A stretch of DNA of 64,000 nt, from NCBI GenBank assembly GCA_017427405.1, contig JAFRSV010000011.1, positions 8,703 through 72,702 of the forward strand, read 5' to 3'. The notes below the pieces were generated by a model, which did not search any database, was not told where the DNA came from, and worked only from the letters and a program-made list of their open reading frames with translations. The first letter of the stretch is position 1; each line of letters starts with the position of its first letter. The DNA comes from Alphaproteobacteria bacterium. Lineage in GTDB: Bacteria > Pseudomonadota > Alphaproteobacteria > Rs-D84. Of this stretch, positions 1-9,589 are shown piece by piece. The translations under genes were made by a program, and so were the position numbers.

Positions 1-1280
1 ATTGGCTTGAAAATCGGTTTGATAAAAATCAGATTTTGGATTTGTACATGAATCGCGTATCATTGGTCGGCGGAATGCGGGGAATTGATGCGGCGGCACG
101 CGCAATGTTTGGACGCGCGGCAACGGAACTTTCAATCGCGCAAAGTGCCCAGATTGCCGCAATGTTAAAGGCACCCACGATTTACAGTCCATATCGCAAT
201 CCGGAAAAAAATATGGCGCGGGCGCGAACAATACTCCAAGAAATGGCGAACCAGGGTTATATTGACCTTGCAACCGCGCACGCGGCGGCGGCGGAATTGG
301 CACCGGCGACGGGCACGGTGGACACGAACCTTTATCGATACTGGACGGACTTTGTTGCGGATGAATTAAATTCGCGAATTGGAATAATGGATTCCGATAT
401 GTTTGTTCACACAACGCTTGATTCAAAAATGCAAAATAAAATCACAAATGCGATATCATCAAATGTCGGCGTTCACCAAGGTGCGGCGGTCGCCATGTCG
501 CGTGATGGCGCAATACGTGCGATGGTGGGTGGAACAGATTATAAGGTAAGTCAATTTAATCGCACAATTGCACACCGCCAACCGGGCAGTGCGTTTAAGC
601 CGATTGTGTATTTAGTCGCACTTGAAAATGGAATGACACCGGAATCGACGGTAAATGATTCGCCTTTTGCAATCGGTGATTATAATCCAAAGAACTATAA
701 TGAACATTATTACGGCGACATTACACTTGCAACCGCGTTCGCGAAAAGTGTAAATTCTGTGCCGTTAAAATTGGCATCGCTGTATGGTCTTGATTCTGTG
801 CTGTCCATGGCGGGGCGTTTGGGCGTTGGAAATAAATTGCGGCGCGAATTTTCAACCGTCCTGGGGGCATCGGAAATGACACTGTTGGATTTAACAAATG
901 TCTATGCGGTGATATGGAACGCGGGGGAATCGGTGCGACCATATTCAATAACGCGCGTGACGGATGTGCGTGGAAACACGCTTTACGAACGCAACCCATC
1001 GGACAGTATTCGTATTTTATCGCCCCAAACGGTCGAATATATGACGGAATTATTGGCGGCGGTGACATCACCAAATGGCACGGGACACTATGCAATGGCG
1101 CCGAACGTCATCGGTGGCAAGACGGGAACCAGTAATGATAACCGCGACGCATGGTTTATTGGCGCAACAAAAGATACGGTTTTGGGAATCTGGGTCGGTA
1201 ACGATGATTTTACACCGATGGAATCGAACATAACCGGCGGCACGGTCCCCGCAAAAATCTTTCATGAAATTGCGAAATAA
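1..1280 (+). CDS. mrcA: Penicillin-binding protein 1A family (glycosyltransferase/transpeptidase), 5' end cut by window edge
   Basis: Frame 3 is open from nt 3 (WLENRFDKNQILDLYMNRV, the end of the GT51 region). Transpeptidase motifs follow: SAFK (SxxK), SVN (SxN) and KTGTSND (KTG). Stop at 1278-1280. Confidence 0.85.
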   Translation, partial: WLENRFDKNQILDLYMNRVSLVGGMRGIDAAARAMFGRAATELSIAQSAQIAAMLKAPTIYSPYRNPEKNMARARTILQEMANQGYIDLATAHAAAAELAPATGTVDTNLYRYWTDFVADELNSRIGIMDSDMFVHTTLDSKMQNKITNAISSNVGVHQGAAVAMSRDGAIRAMVGGTDYKVSQFNRTIAHRQPGSAFKPIVYLVALENGMTPESTVNDSPFAIGDYNPKNYNEHYYGDITLATAFAKSVNSVPLKLASLYGLDSVLSMAGRLGVGNKLRREFSTVLGASEMTLLDLTNVYAVIWNAGESVRPYSITRVTDVRGNTLYERNPSDSIRILSPQTVEYMTELLAAVTSPNGTGHYAMAPNVIGGKTGTSNDNRDAWFIGATKDTVLGIWVGNDDFTPMESNITGGTVPAKIFHEIAK

Positions 1281-1366
1281 AAATCCCCGCCGGTTATTAC
1301 CCACAAAAATTTTTAAATTTTGCGGGACCTATTGGGCGGGAATGCGTTCGGTGCAAAAGAAAAGTT

Positions 1367-1570
1367 TTATTTCATTGGTTGGGCCACAAACATCAATATC
1401 AACCAAACCACCGCGGCAACGCCGATGATGGCATAGATAATATTGCTAACCAATGTCGCAGGCCCAAACAACCATGCGACCAGGTCAAAGCCGAATATAC
1501 CGACCAAGCCCCAATTTATCGCACCGATAAAGGTTAGCGGCGCAAGCACGTAATCTGTCAATCCTTTCAT
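1367..1570 (-). CDS. DUF378-family small membrane protein
   Basis: 67-aa two-TM protein with the GAINWGLVG-type motif remembered for DUF378. Confidence 0.55.
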   Translation of the reverse strand: MKGLTDYVLAPLTFIGAINWGLVGIFGFDLVAWLFGPATLVSNIIYAIIGVAAVVWLILMFVAQPMK

Positions 1571-1672
1571 AGTTTTTCTCCCATATCTGTTGTTGATTGA
1601 TGTCTTTTTCCAAGACGGTTTTATTATACCCCATGCGCACCCACCAACACAATACGAACAAAAACCTAATCC

Positions 1673-1755
1673 CCTTCACTGTGTGAAGGGGGGGACCACG
1701 ACACCGCTTTGCGGTGACGTGGTGGGGTAGTTTCCTTCACTGTGTGAAGGGGGGG
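1673..1755. repeat. Triple-hairpin intergenic element: two copies of CCTTCACTGTGTGAAGGGGGGG flanking a third palindrome
   Basis: The 22-nt palindromic unit occurs at 1673-1694 and 1734-1755. Between them lies CCACGACACCGC-TTT-GCGGTGACGTGG, a near-perfect inverted repeat. Confidence 0.75.
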
Positions 1756-1787
1756 CGAAAGCCCATGGAAAAAATTCATAAAATTAC

Positions 1788-1815
1788 TTGACAACCTAAT
1801 TTTGTGTCCTATAAT
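1788..1815 (+). promoter_or_regulatory. Sigma-70-type promoter (TTGACA-16 nt-TATAAT)
   Basis: Perfect consensus hexamers at 1788-1793 and 1810-1815. It sits about 28 nt upstream of the ATG at 1843, with RBS AAAGGGA at 1831-1837. Confidence 0.55.
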
Positions 1816-1842
1816 ACCCCCGAATAACCAAAAGGGACACAA

Positions 1843-2178
1843 ATGAAAAAAACAATTTTGAATGGTTTGTTCGGTGCTTTGTTCGCCACATGTGCGGTTG
1901 CATCCGACGGTGGCGTGTACAGTGAAACCGAAACTTTCACGAACAGTGTTCGTTATAACACAAACACTGTGACCTATGTTGAACCGGCCCAGGAACGCGT
2001 TGCATACACATATGCAAACACTTGCAATACCTGTGCACAACCGGTTCGCGTCAAGGCGTATACCGAAGTCGTGGATCATTATCAGGTTTATCGCCCGGTC
2101 ACGGTTTACGAACCGGCGGGTGTTTATTCCGAACGTCGCGTAATCCGTAATAACACTTGCGGACGTTGCAACGGATAA
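1843..2178 (+). CDS. Small secreted hypothetical protein
   Basis: 111-aa ORF with a signal-peptide-like N-terminus (MKKTILNGLFGALFATCAVA), a consensus promoter and an RBS upstream. No family recognised. Confidence 0.5.
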   Translation: MKKTILNGLFGALFATCAVASDGGVYSETETFTNSVRYNTNTVTYVEPAQERVAYTYANTCNTCAQPVRVKAYTEVVDHYQVYRPVTVYEPAGVYSERRVIRNNTCGRCNG

Positions 2179-2304
2179 TAGAAAATCCTTCCTTGTTTGT
2201 TATGTTGTTGGTGCCCGACCAATTTGGCCGGGCATTTTGTGTATGAAAATAAATTGCAATCTAAGAACATTTTAATATACTGTGTTTGAATTAAGAGGTT
2301 AAAA

Positions 2305-3021
2305 ATGTTGCGTCCGTCACTGCGAAAACCAAATCAAATGCGCCCGGTTTCAATGGAAACCGCGGTCAACAAATGGGCCGAAGGTTCGTGTTTAATTAAA
2401 ATTGGTGGGACACACGTTCTTTGCACCGCATCCGTTGATTTTAATCAACCGACATGGAAACGTATGCAACATAAAACCGGGGGTTGGGTAACGGCGGACT
2501 ATTCAATGTTGCCGCGGGCGACCGATATGCGCAAATCGCGTGAATCACTGTTGAACGATAAACGCAGTATGGAAATTTCACGCATGATTGGGCGCGCGTT
2601 GCGCAGTGTGGTTGATATGGAGGCACTTGGTAAAAATACAATCTATATCGATTGTGATGTGATTCAGGCGGACGGCGGAACGCGATGCGCGGCGATAACG
2701 GGCGGGTTCGTTGCGATGTCTTTGGCGGTGCGTTGGATGATGGAAAACGAACGATTGACGGAAAACCCAATTCGTGAACATATTGCGGCGGTAAGTGCGG
2801 GCATTTGGAACAACGAACTTATTTTGGATTTGGATTACGAAGAAGACCATGATGCCGAAATGGATGCAAACTTTGTCGTTGCCGAAGGTGGTCAGTTTAT
2901 AGAGGTTCAATCCACCGGCGAACAACACCCATTTGATAAATCGCAACTTGGCGAAATCATGGACATGGCGGCGGTGGCGACGGAAAAACTTATCAATTTG
3001 CAAAAAAAAGTTTTAGAATAG
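2305..3021 (+). CDS. rph: Ribonuclease PH
   Basis: 238 aa, collinear with E. coli RNase PH (RPV...AEGS..I..G.T.VLCTAS, DCDVIQADGGTR). Confidence 0.9.
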   Translation: MLRPSLRKPNQMRPVSMETAVNKWAEGSCLIKIGGTHVLCTASVDFNQPTWKRMQHKTGGWVTADYSMLPRATDMRKSRESLLNDKRSMEISRMIGRALRSVVDMEALGKNTIYIDCDVIQADGGTRCAAITGGFVAMSLAVRWMMENERLTENPIREHIAAVSAGIWNNELILDLDYEEDHDAEMDANFVVAEGGQFIEVQSTGEQHPFDKSQLGEIMDMAAVATEKLINLQKKVLE

Positions 3022-3026
3022 TCGCG

Positions 3027-4328
3027 TTATTGGTTTAAAATATCATCGGACTTTATATATTCAGGCGCATCGTGTGGTAACCTTGTTTTTGCACGCCGTG
3101 CATATTCGCGCGCCTTTCGCGGTTGTTTTTGCATTGTATAAAATTCCGCCATTGCCCAATCGGCACGACCATCGTCACCAAATGCACGCGCCAACACCCA
3201 ATATGCCAATGGTTTGGGTTCAACCAAAATCGTATGCCGGCAAAGTTCAATCGCGCGCGCGCGGTCGTCATCCCCCCCACGTTCCGATAGCACAAGTGCA
3301 AGTGCGGTTTCAATTTGTGGCGAATTTTTCCGCAAGGTTATGGCGCGTTCGTATGCATCAATGCTGTCGTCATAGTGGCCAAATTGATATTCGATGTCGC
3401 CAAGCAATTCATAAAAATACGGATTTTTTGGTTGGCGCGAAACAAGTGTCCGCGTTCCCGTCGCCGCGCCCGCCAAATTTCCATCACGCATGTTTGCAAT
3501 CGCGCGCGCATATATCGCCGCATCTGATTTATCGGAATATGGATAAAGTGTTTTTATCCGCACAGAATCATCTAAATATCCGACCAACTTTGCACGCACC
3601 AGGTCATATTTTTTTATCATTTCCGCATCATCGTCTTTGAATTTTTTATCCCTGATTTTTTTATCCGCCAATTTTTCACGAACATTTTTTAACCGTTCCG
3701 CGGTCACGGGGTGATTGATAGAATTTTTATTAACGCGCGATTCAATCGGCGATGTCATTTCATTCATCTGCGTAAATATCTCGATAAATCCGTTTGGGTT
3801 GTATCCCGCATCCACCATAAGATTAAATCCCAAATCATCGGCAATGCGTTCTTCGTCCCGCGAAAATGACAGTAATGATTGCCGTGCAATTCCGGTTGCC
3901 CCCGCCATAACGCCCGCACCCAATGACGGATTTCCACCAAGCACCATAAGTCCGACACCCAATGCCTGAATAATCATTGCGCGCCGCATTTCAGATTCCA
4001 TTTGCGCCGAAAGTTGCGCCATATGCCCGCCAAGTGTATGCCCCAATTCGTGCGCAACAACCGCACGCAACGCATTCGGTGTCGTCACGCGCTTAAGAAG
4101 ACCGGTATAGATATAAATATCTTCGCCACCAATTACGAACGCATTAAAACTATCATCATCAACAAGGTAAATATGCATGCGGTTTGGTGCAATCTTGGCC
4201 GCGGTTGCAATCGGCGCAACCAATTCGGATAAAACAGATTCGACCTCGGTATCATTTATTAGTGATTCCGCACGCGCGTGCGCGGTAAACAAAATCGCAA
4301 AAATGAAAATCAAAATTTTCTTCATCAT
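3027..4328 (-). CDS. M48-family zinc metallopeptidase with TPR-like C-terminal half (BepA/YfgC-like)
   Basis: Signal peptide, an HELGH (HExxH) motif in the N-terminal half, and a TPR-like helical C-terminal half. Confidence 0.8.
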   Translation of the reverse strand: MMKKILIFIFAILFTAHARAESLINDTEVESVLSELVAPIATAAKIAPNRMHIYLVDDDSFNAFVIGGEDIYIYTGLLKRVTTPNALRAVVAHELGHTLGGHMAQLSAQMESEMRRAMIIQALGVGLMVLGGNPSLGAGVMAGATGIARQSLLSFSRDEERIADDLGFNLMVDAGYNPNGFIEIFTQMNEMTSPIESRVNKNSINHPVTAERLKNVREKLADKKIRDKKFKDDDAEMIKKYDLVRAKLVGYLDDSVRIKTLYPYSDKSDAAIYARAIANMRDGNLAGAATGTRTLVSRQPKNPYFYELLGDIEYQFGHYDDSIDAYERAITLRKNSPQIETALALVLSERGGDDDRARAIELCRHTILVEPKPLAYWVLARAFGDDGRADWAMAEFYTMQKQPRKAREYARRAKTRLPHDAPEYIKSDDILNQ

Positions 4329-6376
4329 GCACCCATATTTAATGTGCGGTCAAATATGAACATTAAATCATTCACCCACGGTTCGATTGTTATCATATCA
4401 GATGCCGCGCGTGCCGCCAATTTGAACAAATCCCGATGATCGCGATAATCAACAAAATGATAATTTATCCATCCCGATTGTCGTGTTCCCAACAATTCGC
4501 CAACACCGCGCATCATCAAATCTTGTTCGGCAATCGCAAATCCATCATCCGTTTCAGTCAGTACATCCAAACGTTTAACCCCATCGGGCGATATATTATC
4601 GCCATAAAGTAAAATACAAAACGATTGTGCGTTTCCGCGTCCAACCCGCCCGCGCAATTGGTGCAACGCGGCCAGCCCAAACCTTTCCGCGTTTTCGATT
4701 ACAATTATTGTCGCATCGGGGACATCGATTCCAACCTCTATAACCGTTGTCGCAACAAGAATTTTTATGTCGGAACCGGCGCGCGCAAATTCCGCCATAA
4801 CTTTGTCGCGTTCATCTTTGGACATTTGGCCGTGTACCAACCCCGCGCAGGTAAAAACTTTCTGCAATTCATTATAACGATGCTCTGCGGCGGTCGCATC
4901 TGAATCTTCGGATTCCACAACCAACGGACAAATCCAGAAAACCTTGGCACCACCCGCCACCTGAACCCGCAGGCGGTCGATCAGTGCATTAATGCGCGAA
5001 ATTGGCAACTTGGTCGTCTTTATCGGCATGCGCCCCGCGGGCTTTTCATTTATAATCGAAACATCCATATCGCCATAGATTGTCATTGAAAGTGTTCGCG
5101 GTATCGGCGTCGCGGAAAGTGCCAACACATCCGGATTTTTCCCTTTGGCACGCAGTGCCTCACGTTGCGCCACGCCAAATCGATGTTGTTCGTCAATTAT
5201 AACCAAACCCAAATCTTTATATTCCACATCGTCGGAAAAAAGCGCATGCGTGCCGACAACCAACCGCGTGCGCCCCGACCGCAACGAAGTCAATTTTTCG
5301 CGTCGCGCCACACCTTTGTCACGACCGGTTAAAATATCACACACCAAACCCAATTTATCACACAACGGTTTTAGTTTTGCAAAGTGTTGCGCCGCCAATG
5401 TATCTGTCGGGGCAAGCAACGCCGTTTGTGCACCGAACTCTGCCATCATGACCACCCCCGCCATCGCAACCATTGTTTTACCGCAACCAACATCCCCCTG
5501 GACAAGGCGCATCATCGGAAAATCGCCCGACATATCGTGTGCAATTTCATCAATTGCGCGTTTTTGCGCGCCCGTCAAATCGAACGGCAATGATTCATAA
5601 AACCGTGGCAACAAATCATATTTTTTTGCGCGTGGGGTGCGCCGGTGACGTTCGTCTTTACGTGTGCGACGATTTGCGGCAATTGCAACCTGGTGCGACA
5701 ATAATTCGAAATACGCCAACTTTGCAATTGTATCAGACGTAGATTTTAATTCGTCATTACTTTGTGCATAGTGCGCGGCGCGCAATGCATCAAAAAATTC
5801 CACCAAGTGTTCGTCCGCACCAACAATTTTGTCGGACAATGCGGCAAAAACCTGGTCGCGGATATTTGTAAATGTTTTTTGCGTGATGCCTTCGCCCGCG
5901 CGATAAATTGCCTGAATCTTTGGAATTTTGTCGGCGTTTTGCACTTCTTCGATAAATTCGGGATGATTGATTGTAGGCGTGGTTGATTGTTCCAATTTAC
6001 CACTTATCACGCGCCATTCACCGATGGGTAATTTTTTCAGCCAATAATCCAAAAAGTTCGAATTAAAGAATTGAATAATCACCGTTTGACCAACCTTGTC
6101 CACACAGGTTATGCGTGTCGGGCTGCGCCGCCGACCAAAGGCACGCCCGATTTTATGTGCCTTTACCCGCACCATGGTTGTCACGATTTCGCCGGGCATT
6201 GCGGTTGCAACACTGTCAATCATTGCGCGGTCTTTGACATAAACGGGTATATGCAACAAAAAATCCAAAATCCGCCGATTCCCCAGCAAATCGGCAAACC
6301 GTGCCGCCAACACCGGCCCAACCCCGCGAATAAATTGCAGGTCCGTCGTCAAAAAATCGAACAGTTCTTTCTTCAT
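4325..6376 (-). CDS. recG: ATP-dependent DNA helicase RecG
   Basis: Wedge domain plus helicase motifs GDVGCGKT, DEQHRFG and SATPIPRTL. The start is placed at the internal MKKELFDF (ATG at 6376), because the 55-aa upstream extension in the ORF track is low-complexity and runs into the divergent promoter region. Confidence 0.9.
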   Translation of the reverse strand: MKKELFDFLTTDLQFIRGVGPVLAARFADLLGNRRILDFLLHIPVYVKDRAMIDSVATAMPGEIVTTMVRVKAHKIGRAFGRRRSPTRITCVDKVGQTVIIQFFNSNFLDYWLKKLPIGEWRVISGKLEQSTTPTINHPEFIEEVQNADKIPKIQAIYRAGEGITQKTFTNIRDQVFAALSDKIVGADEHLVEFFDALRAAHYAQSNDELKSTSDTIAKLAYFELLSHQVAIAANRRTRKDERHRRTPRAKKYDLLPRFYESLPFDLTGAQKRAIDEIAHDMSGDFPMMRLVQGDVGCGKTMVAMAGVVMMAEFGAQTALLAPTDTLAAQHFAKLKPLCDKLGLVCDILTGRDKGVARREKLTSLRSGRTRLVVGTHALFSDDVEYKDLGLVIIDEQHRFGVAQREALRAKGKNPDVLALSATPIPRTLSMTIYGDMDVSIINEKPAGRMPIKTTKLPISRINALIDRLRVQVAGGAKVFWICPLVVESEDSDATAAEHRYNELQKVFTCAGLVHGQMSKDERDKVMAEFARAGSDIKILVATTVIEVGIDVPDATIIVIENAERFGLAALHQLRGRVGRGNAQSFCILLYGDNISPDGVKRLDVLTETDDGFAIAEQDLMMRGVGELLGTRQSGWINYHFVDYRDHRDLFKLAARAASDMITIEPWVNDLMFIFDRTLNMGA

Positions 6377-6475
6377 ATATTGCAAAAATACAAAAAACCA
6401 TGCCATTATGGCAAGCAGAAAAAACTTGCAAAAAATTTGCGCAATTTGTATCCTGGGGTGCGAAAGGGGGTAATA

Positions 6476-7429
6476 ATGAAAAAGCAAACCATCGCAACAA
6501 TCGCAACCGCCGGTGTGGTCGCTGGGGCAATTGGAATTCACGCCGTCACCGCATCGAACGATGTGCCGGTTGTATATTTTACGCGTGATATTTCGCCCGC
6601 GGGATTGGTTCGTGCATATGATGCATTGAATTGGAAACCATCTGGCAAGGTTGGAATAAAAATGAGTACCGGCGAATCCGCCAAGACAAATTATCTGCGA
6701 CCGGAATTGATAAAGGAATTGGTTAAAAAGGTTGATGGCACAATCGTTGAATGCAATACTGCATACGCCGGCAATCGTAATGATACGGAATCACATTGGG
6801 CGGCAATACGCGAACGTGGGTTCTTGGACGTCGCGCCGGTTGATATTATGGACGAAGAAGGTTCTATGACTTTGCCGGTCACGGACGGGAACAGATTGAC
6901 CGAAAACTATGTCGGAACGCATTTTGCGAATTATCCATCGTATATCGTTTTGTCGCATTTCAAGGGACATCAAATGGCGGGCTTTGGCGGCGCATTGAAA
7001 AACATTTCTATCGGTTTTGCATCATCCATGGGCAAGGCATGGATTCACAGCGGCGGCACATCCAAAGATAATCCGTGGGGTGGCGAACAAGACGCATTTT
7101 TGGAATCCATGGCGGATGCGGCGCGCGCGGTGACGGACTATGTCGGACGCGACAATATGGTCTATATCAATGTGCTGAACCGCATAAGTATCGATTGTGA
7201 TTGCAACGCGAACCCCGCGGAACCGGATATTCACGATATCGGAATTTTGGTGTCGCGTGACCCGGTCGCCATTGACCAGGCCGGCATTGATATGGTGTCG
7301 GTCGCGGACGGCAATCAAAAACTGATGGAACGTATCGCCGACAGAAACGGATTGCACACATTGGAATCCGCCGAAAAAATCGGTGTTGGTTCCCGCAAAT
7401 ATAAACTGGTCGATTTGGACAACGAATAA
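6476..7429 (+). CDS. DUF362 (COG2006) domain protein with N-terminal signal/anchor
   Basis: Collinear with remembered DUF362 proteins (VYFT..., ECNTAY.G.R, SHFKGHQMAGFGGALKNISIG). The ATG at 6476 is preceded by AGGGGG. The ORF-track start at 6071 is antisense to recG. Confidence 0.7.
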   Translation: MKKQTIATIATAGVVAGAIGIHAVTASNDVPVVYFTRDISPAGLVRAYDALNWKPSGKVGIKMSTGESAKTNYLRPELIKELVKKVDGTIVECNTAYAGNRNDTESHWAAIRERGFLDVAPVDIMDEEGSMTLPVTDGNRLTENYVGTHFANYPSYIVLSHFKGHQMAGFGGALKNISIGFASSMGKAWIHSGGTSKDNPWGGEQDAFLESMADAARAVTDYVGRDNMVYINVLNRISIDCDCNANPAEPDIHDIGILVSRDPVAIDQAGIDMVSVADGNQKLMERIADRNGLHTLESAEKIGVGSRKYKLVDLDNE

Positions 7430-7447
7430 CAAACAAAGGAGAAAAAA

Positions 7448-8023
7448 ATGAAAAAAGTATTATTTATCTTGGCAATAATCATCGTGATTGTTGGAATCTT
7501 TTTGGTCTTGCGCCCGCGCGTTTCCGCATCAAAAGGTGCAACGGACGGTGGCAAAATTTTGGTCGCATATTTTAGTGCAACCGGAAATACCAAGGCGGTG
7601 GCGGAAAAATTGGCCGATGCAACCGGGGCCGATTTATTTGAAATAACCCCCGAACAATTGTATACAGACGAAGATTTGAATTGGCAAAATGACCAAAGCC
7701 GTTCTTCGATTGAAATGGCAAGCAGGTATTCACGCCCGGCAATCGCATCAAAAATTGAAAATATCGCACAGTATAATGTGGTGTTTGTTGGGTTCCCAAT
7801 TTGGTGGGGACGTGAACCATCGATAATTGATACTTTCATGGAAAGTTATGATTTTGCCGGAAAAATAATCGTTCCGTTTGCAACATCCGGCACCAGTGGT
7901 ATCGGCGATTCAGGGGCAAACATGCAATCACTTGTACCGAACGCGCATGTCCGCGGTGGCGAAAGATTCCCTGTCGATGTTTCCGTGTCGGAATTAAAAA
8001 CCTGGGCCAGCGAACAAATGTAA
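7448..8023 (+). CDS. Flavodoxin-like protein with N-terminal TM segment
   Basis: ILVAYFSATGNTK FMN-binding loop, and FPIWWG...FATSG typical of anaerobe flavodoxin_4-type proteins. Confidence 0.7.
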   Translation: MKKVLFILAIIIVIVGIFLVLRPRVSASKGATDGGKILVAYFSATGNTKAVAEKLADATGADLFEITPEQLYTDEDLNWQNDQSRSSIEMASRYSRPAIASKIENIAQYNVVFVGFPIWWGREPSIIDTFMESYDFAGKIIVPFATSGTSGIGDSGANMQSLVPNAHVRGGERFPVDVSVSELKTWASEQM

Positions 8024-8029
8024 AAAACG

Positions 8030-8059
8030 GACCGCCAAATCGGCGGTCTGATTTTTTTT
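8030..8059 (+). terminator. Rho-independent terminator
   Basis: GACCGCC-loop-GGCGGTC stem followed by a T8 run, directly after the flavodoxin stop. Confidence 0.6.
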
Positions 8060-8093
8060 ATGCGTCCGGCACACGAAACTTTGGTGAATTGTG

Positions 8094-8105
8094 ATGACCG
8101 GATTG
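8094..8105. repeat. Copy of tRNA-His 3'-half fragment ATGACCGGATTG (distal)
   Basis: The first 11 nt are identical to 8861-8871 inside tRNA-His, and all 12 nt match 8677-8688. Confidence 0.7.
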
Positions 8106-8125
8106 TTATTTAGTCTAGCCAATTT

Positions 8126-8596
8126 TTATCTCTGACGTATAACAACCGTGCGTGTGGGGTGCCCGAACTTGTTGGTCAGAATGATAGAATCTTGACCACG
8201 CTGTATGCCTTGTCTAAGATATCGTGCGTACCAATCATCTACATGCCCAGTGGTTAAATTTTCATAAACCTTAAATGTGAGATTTGGTTCACCCCAAGGA
8301 TGATTTTCAGGATTCGCATCTATGACAAGCCAATCCCCTCGTTGTGCACCGCCTATCATATGATTATGTCCCCAACCACTTGCTTCATACTTTCTGCCAT
8401 GTTTATTTTGTGTTAGTATATATACATGGTTGTGATCTCTTCCAGAAATTCTAATTTCTTTAACCTGAACAGTATCTATGTCCATGGTAATCGTTTTGGT
8501 TGCATGTCTTTTACATCCGCCAAGCAACAATGCAGATATGCACATAAAAATTAAAAATTGATTTTTTCTTAGGGTAAATACGTTATTATATGCCAT
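8126..8596 (-). CDS. Hypothetical lipoprotein
   Basis: Start moved to MAYNN... (ATG at 8596, RBS AAAGGA). Lipobox LLLGGC. No family recognised. The gene is bracketed by tRNA-His fragment repeats. Confidence 0.5.
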   Translation of the reverse strand: MAYNNVFTLRKNQFLIFMCISALLLGGCKRHATKTITMDIDTVQVKEIRISGRDHNHVYILTQNKHGRKYEASGWGHNHMIGGAQRGDWLVIDANPENHPWGEPNLTFKVYENLTTGHVDDWYARYLRQGIQRGQDSIILTNKFGHPTRTVVIRQR

Positions 8597-8676
8597 ATTA
8601 AATCCTTTGTGTTTTTCTTTATGTCGGGAATATAACACAAAACAACACTATGTCAAATATTTTGTGTAAAATGAGA

Positions 8677-8688
8677 ATGACCGGATTG
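8677..8688. repeat. Copy of tRNA-His 3'-half fragment ATGACCGGATTG (proximal)
   Basis: Same 12-mer as 8094-8105. Further T-arm fragments (TTCGAACCGGC) lie at 8766-8776 (direct) and 8784-8794 (inverted). Confidence 0.7.
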
Positions 8689-8852
8689 CTTTGCCAATGT
8701 TGAAACATCCACCTTTGCAAAACGCTACGGCGGACCGGCATACTCCGTCTGCCTTGTTTCAACATTTCGAACCGGCTAAACTCGCCGGTTCGAATCAAGA
8801 TAACACACGGTGAATTTAAAAAACATCCCAATCGGGATGTTTTTCAAATTCA

Positions 8853-8930
8853 TGGGGCGGATGACCGGATTCGAACCGGCGACATTCGGTACCACAAACC
8901 GACGCTCTAACCAGCTGAGCTACATCCGCC
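8853..8930 (-). tRNA. tRNA-His (anticodon GTG) with encoded G-1 and CCA
   Basis: Hand-folded cloverleaf: G-1 opposite C73, 7-bp acceptor stem, anticodon loop TTGTGGT, T-loop TTCGAAT, 3' CCA. Confidence 0.9.
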
Positions 8931-9037
8931 ATGTGCGAAAGGCAGTTTAACATTAAAAAAAACGCTTTTCAAGATTTTTCTTTACATCCGCCAAAAACGG
9001 TACATAATGCCAATAAATCAAAGAAAAAGGATACATT

Positions 9038-9562
9038 ATGGAACAACTTATTAGCATGTATGCCGCGTTGCAAAAAAATCCCGTTACGGTGTCATATCCA
9101 GATGGGCAAATATCGGTCAATGATTTTAATCATGCGTACGGATACGACCATGATTTTATAACAATTTATACATTTGGCCCGTATAAACTTGAACATAATA
9201 ATTTGGCACGTAGTAAACATTATATCAGTGGTTATAGCCAGGAATTAACATTTACCAAACCAGGAACAACACTTTATATACCGATACTTGTCAAAAAGCG
9301 TTTAGTTGGACTTGATAAAAATTATATTGATCTGTCCAGGGCTATCCAAGCCAAAGCAAATGGAAAAAAATTTGAAAATCCATTTGAAAAAACTATTAAC
9401 GACAGCGTATACAACCTTCAATTTTATTTAACCGAGTTATCACATACGCATGGTGCATTAATGAACGATGATGAAATCCAAGAAACAATTGCCCAATTGG
9501 ATAAAATCAAGAATCGTTTATTACTAACCCAAAATATAAATTATTCGGAAAAATCGAAATAA
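9038..9562 (+). CDS. Hypothetical protein
   Basis: 174-aa ORF in a visibly AT-rich stretch. Terminator downstream. No motif recognised. Confidence 0.45.
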   Translation: MEQLISMYAALQKNPVTVSYPDGQISVNDFNHAYGYDHDFITIYTFGPYKLEHNNLARSKHYISGYSQELTFTKPGTTLYIPILVKKRLVGLDKNYIDLSRAIQAKANGKKFENPFEKTINDSVYNLQFYLTELSHTHGALMNDDEIQETIAQLDKIKNRLLLTQNINYSEKSK

Positions 9563-9565
9563 AAA

Positions 9566-9586
9566 ACGCCCCAAACGGGGCGTTTA
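9566..9586. terminator. Bidirectional terminator hairpin between convergent genes
   Basis: ACGCCCC-AAAC-GGGGCGT flanked by an A-run and a T-run. Confidence 0.6.
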
Positions 9587-9589
9587 TTA

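Noticed and set aside
6071-6475. Upstream extension of the DUF362 ORF (track start 6071) and the N-terminal extension of recG (6377-6541)
   Set aside because: The two extensions overlap each other on opposite strands. Homology-like sequence begins at the internal ATGs (6476 and 6376), each with a sensible RBS or spacing.
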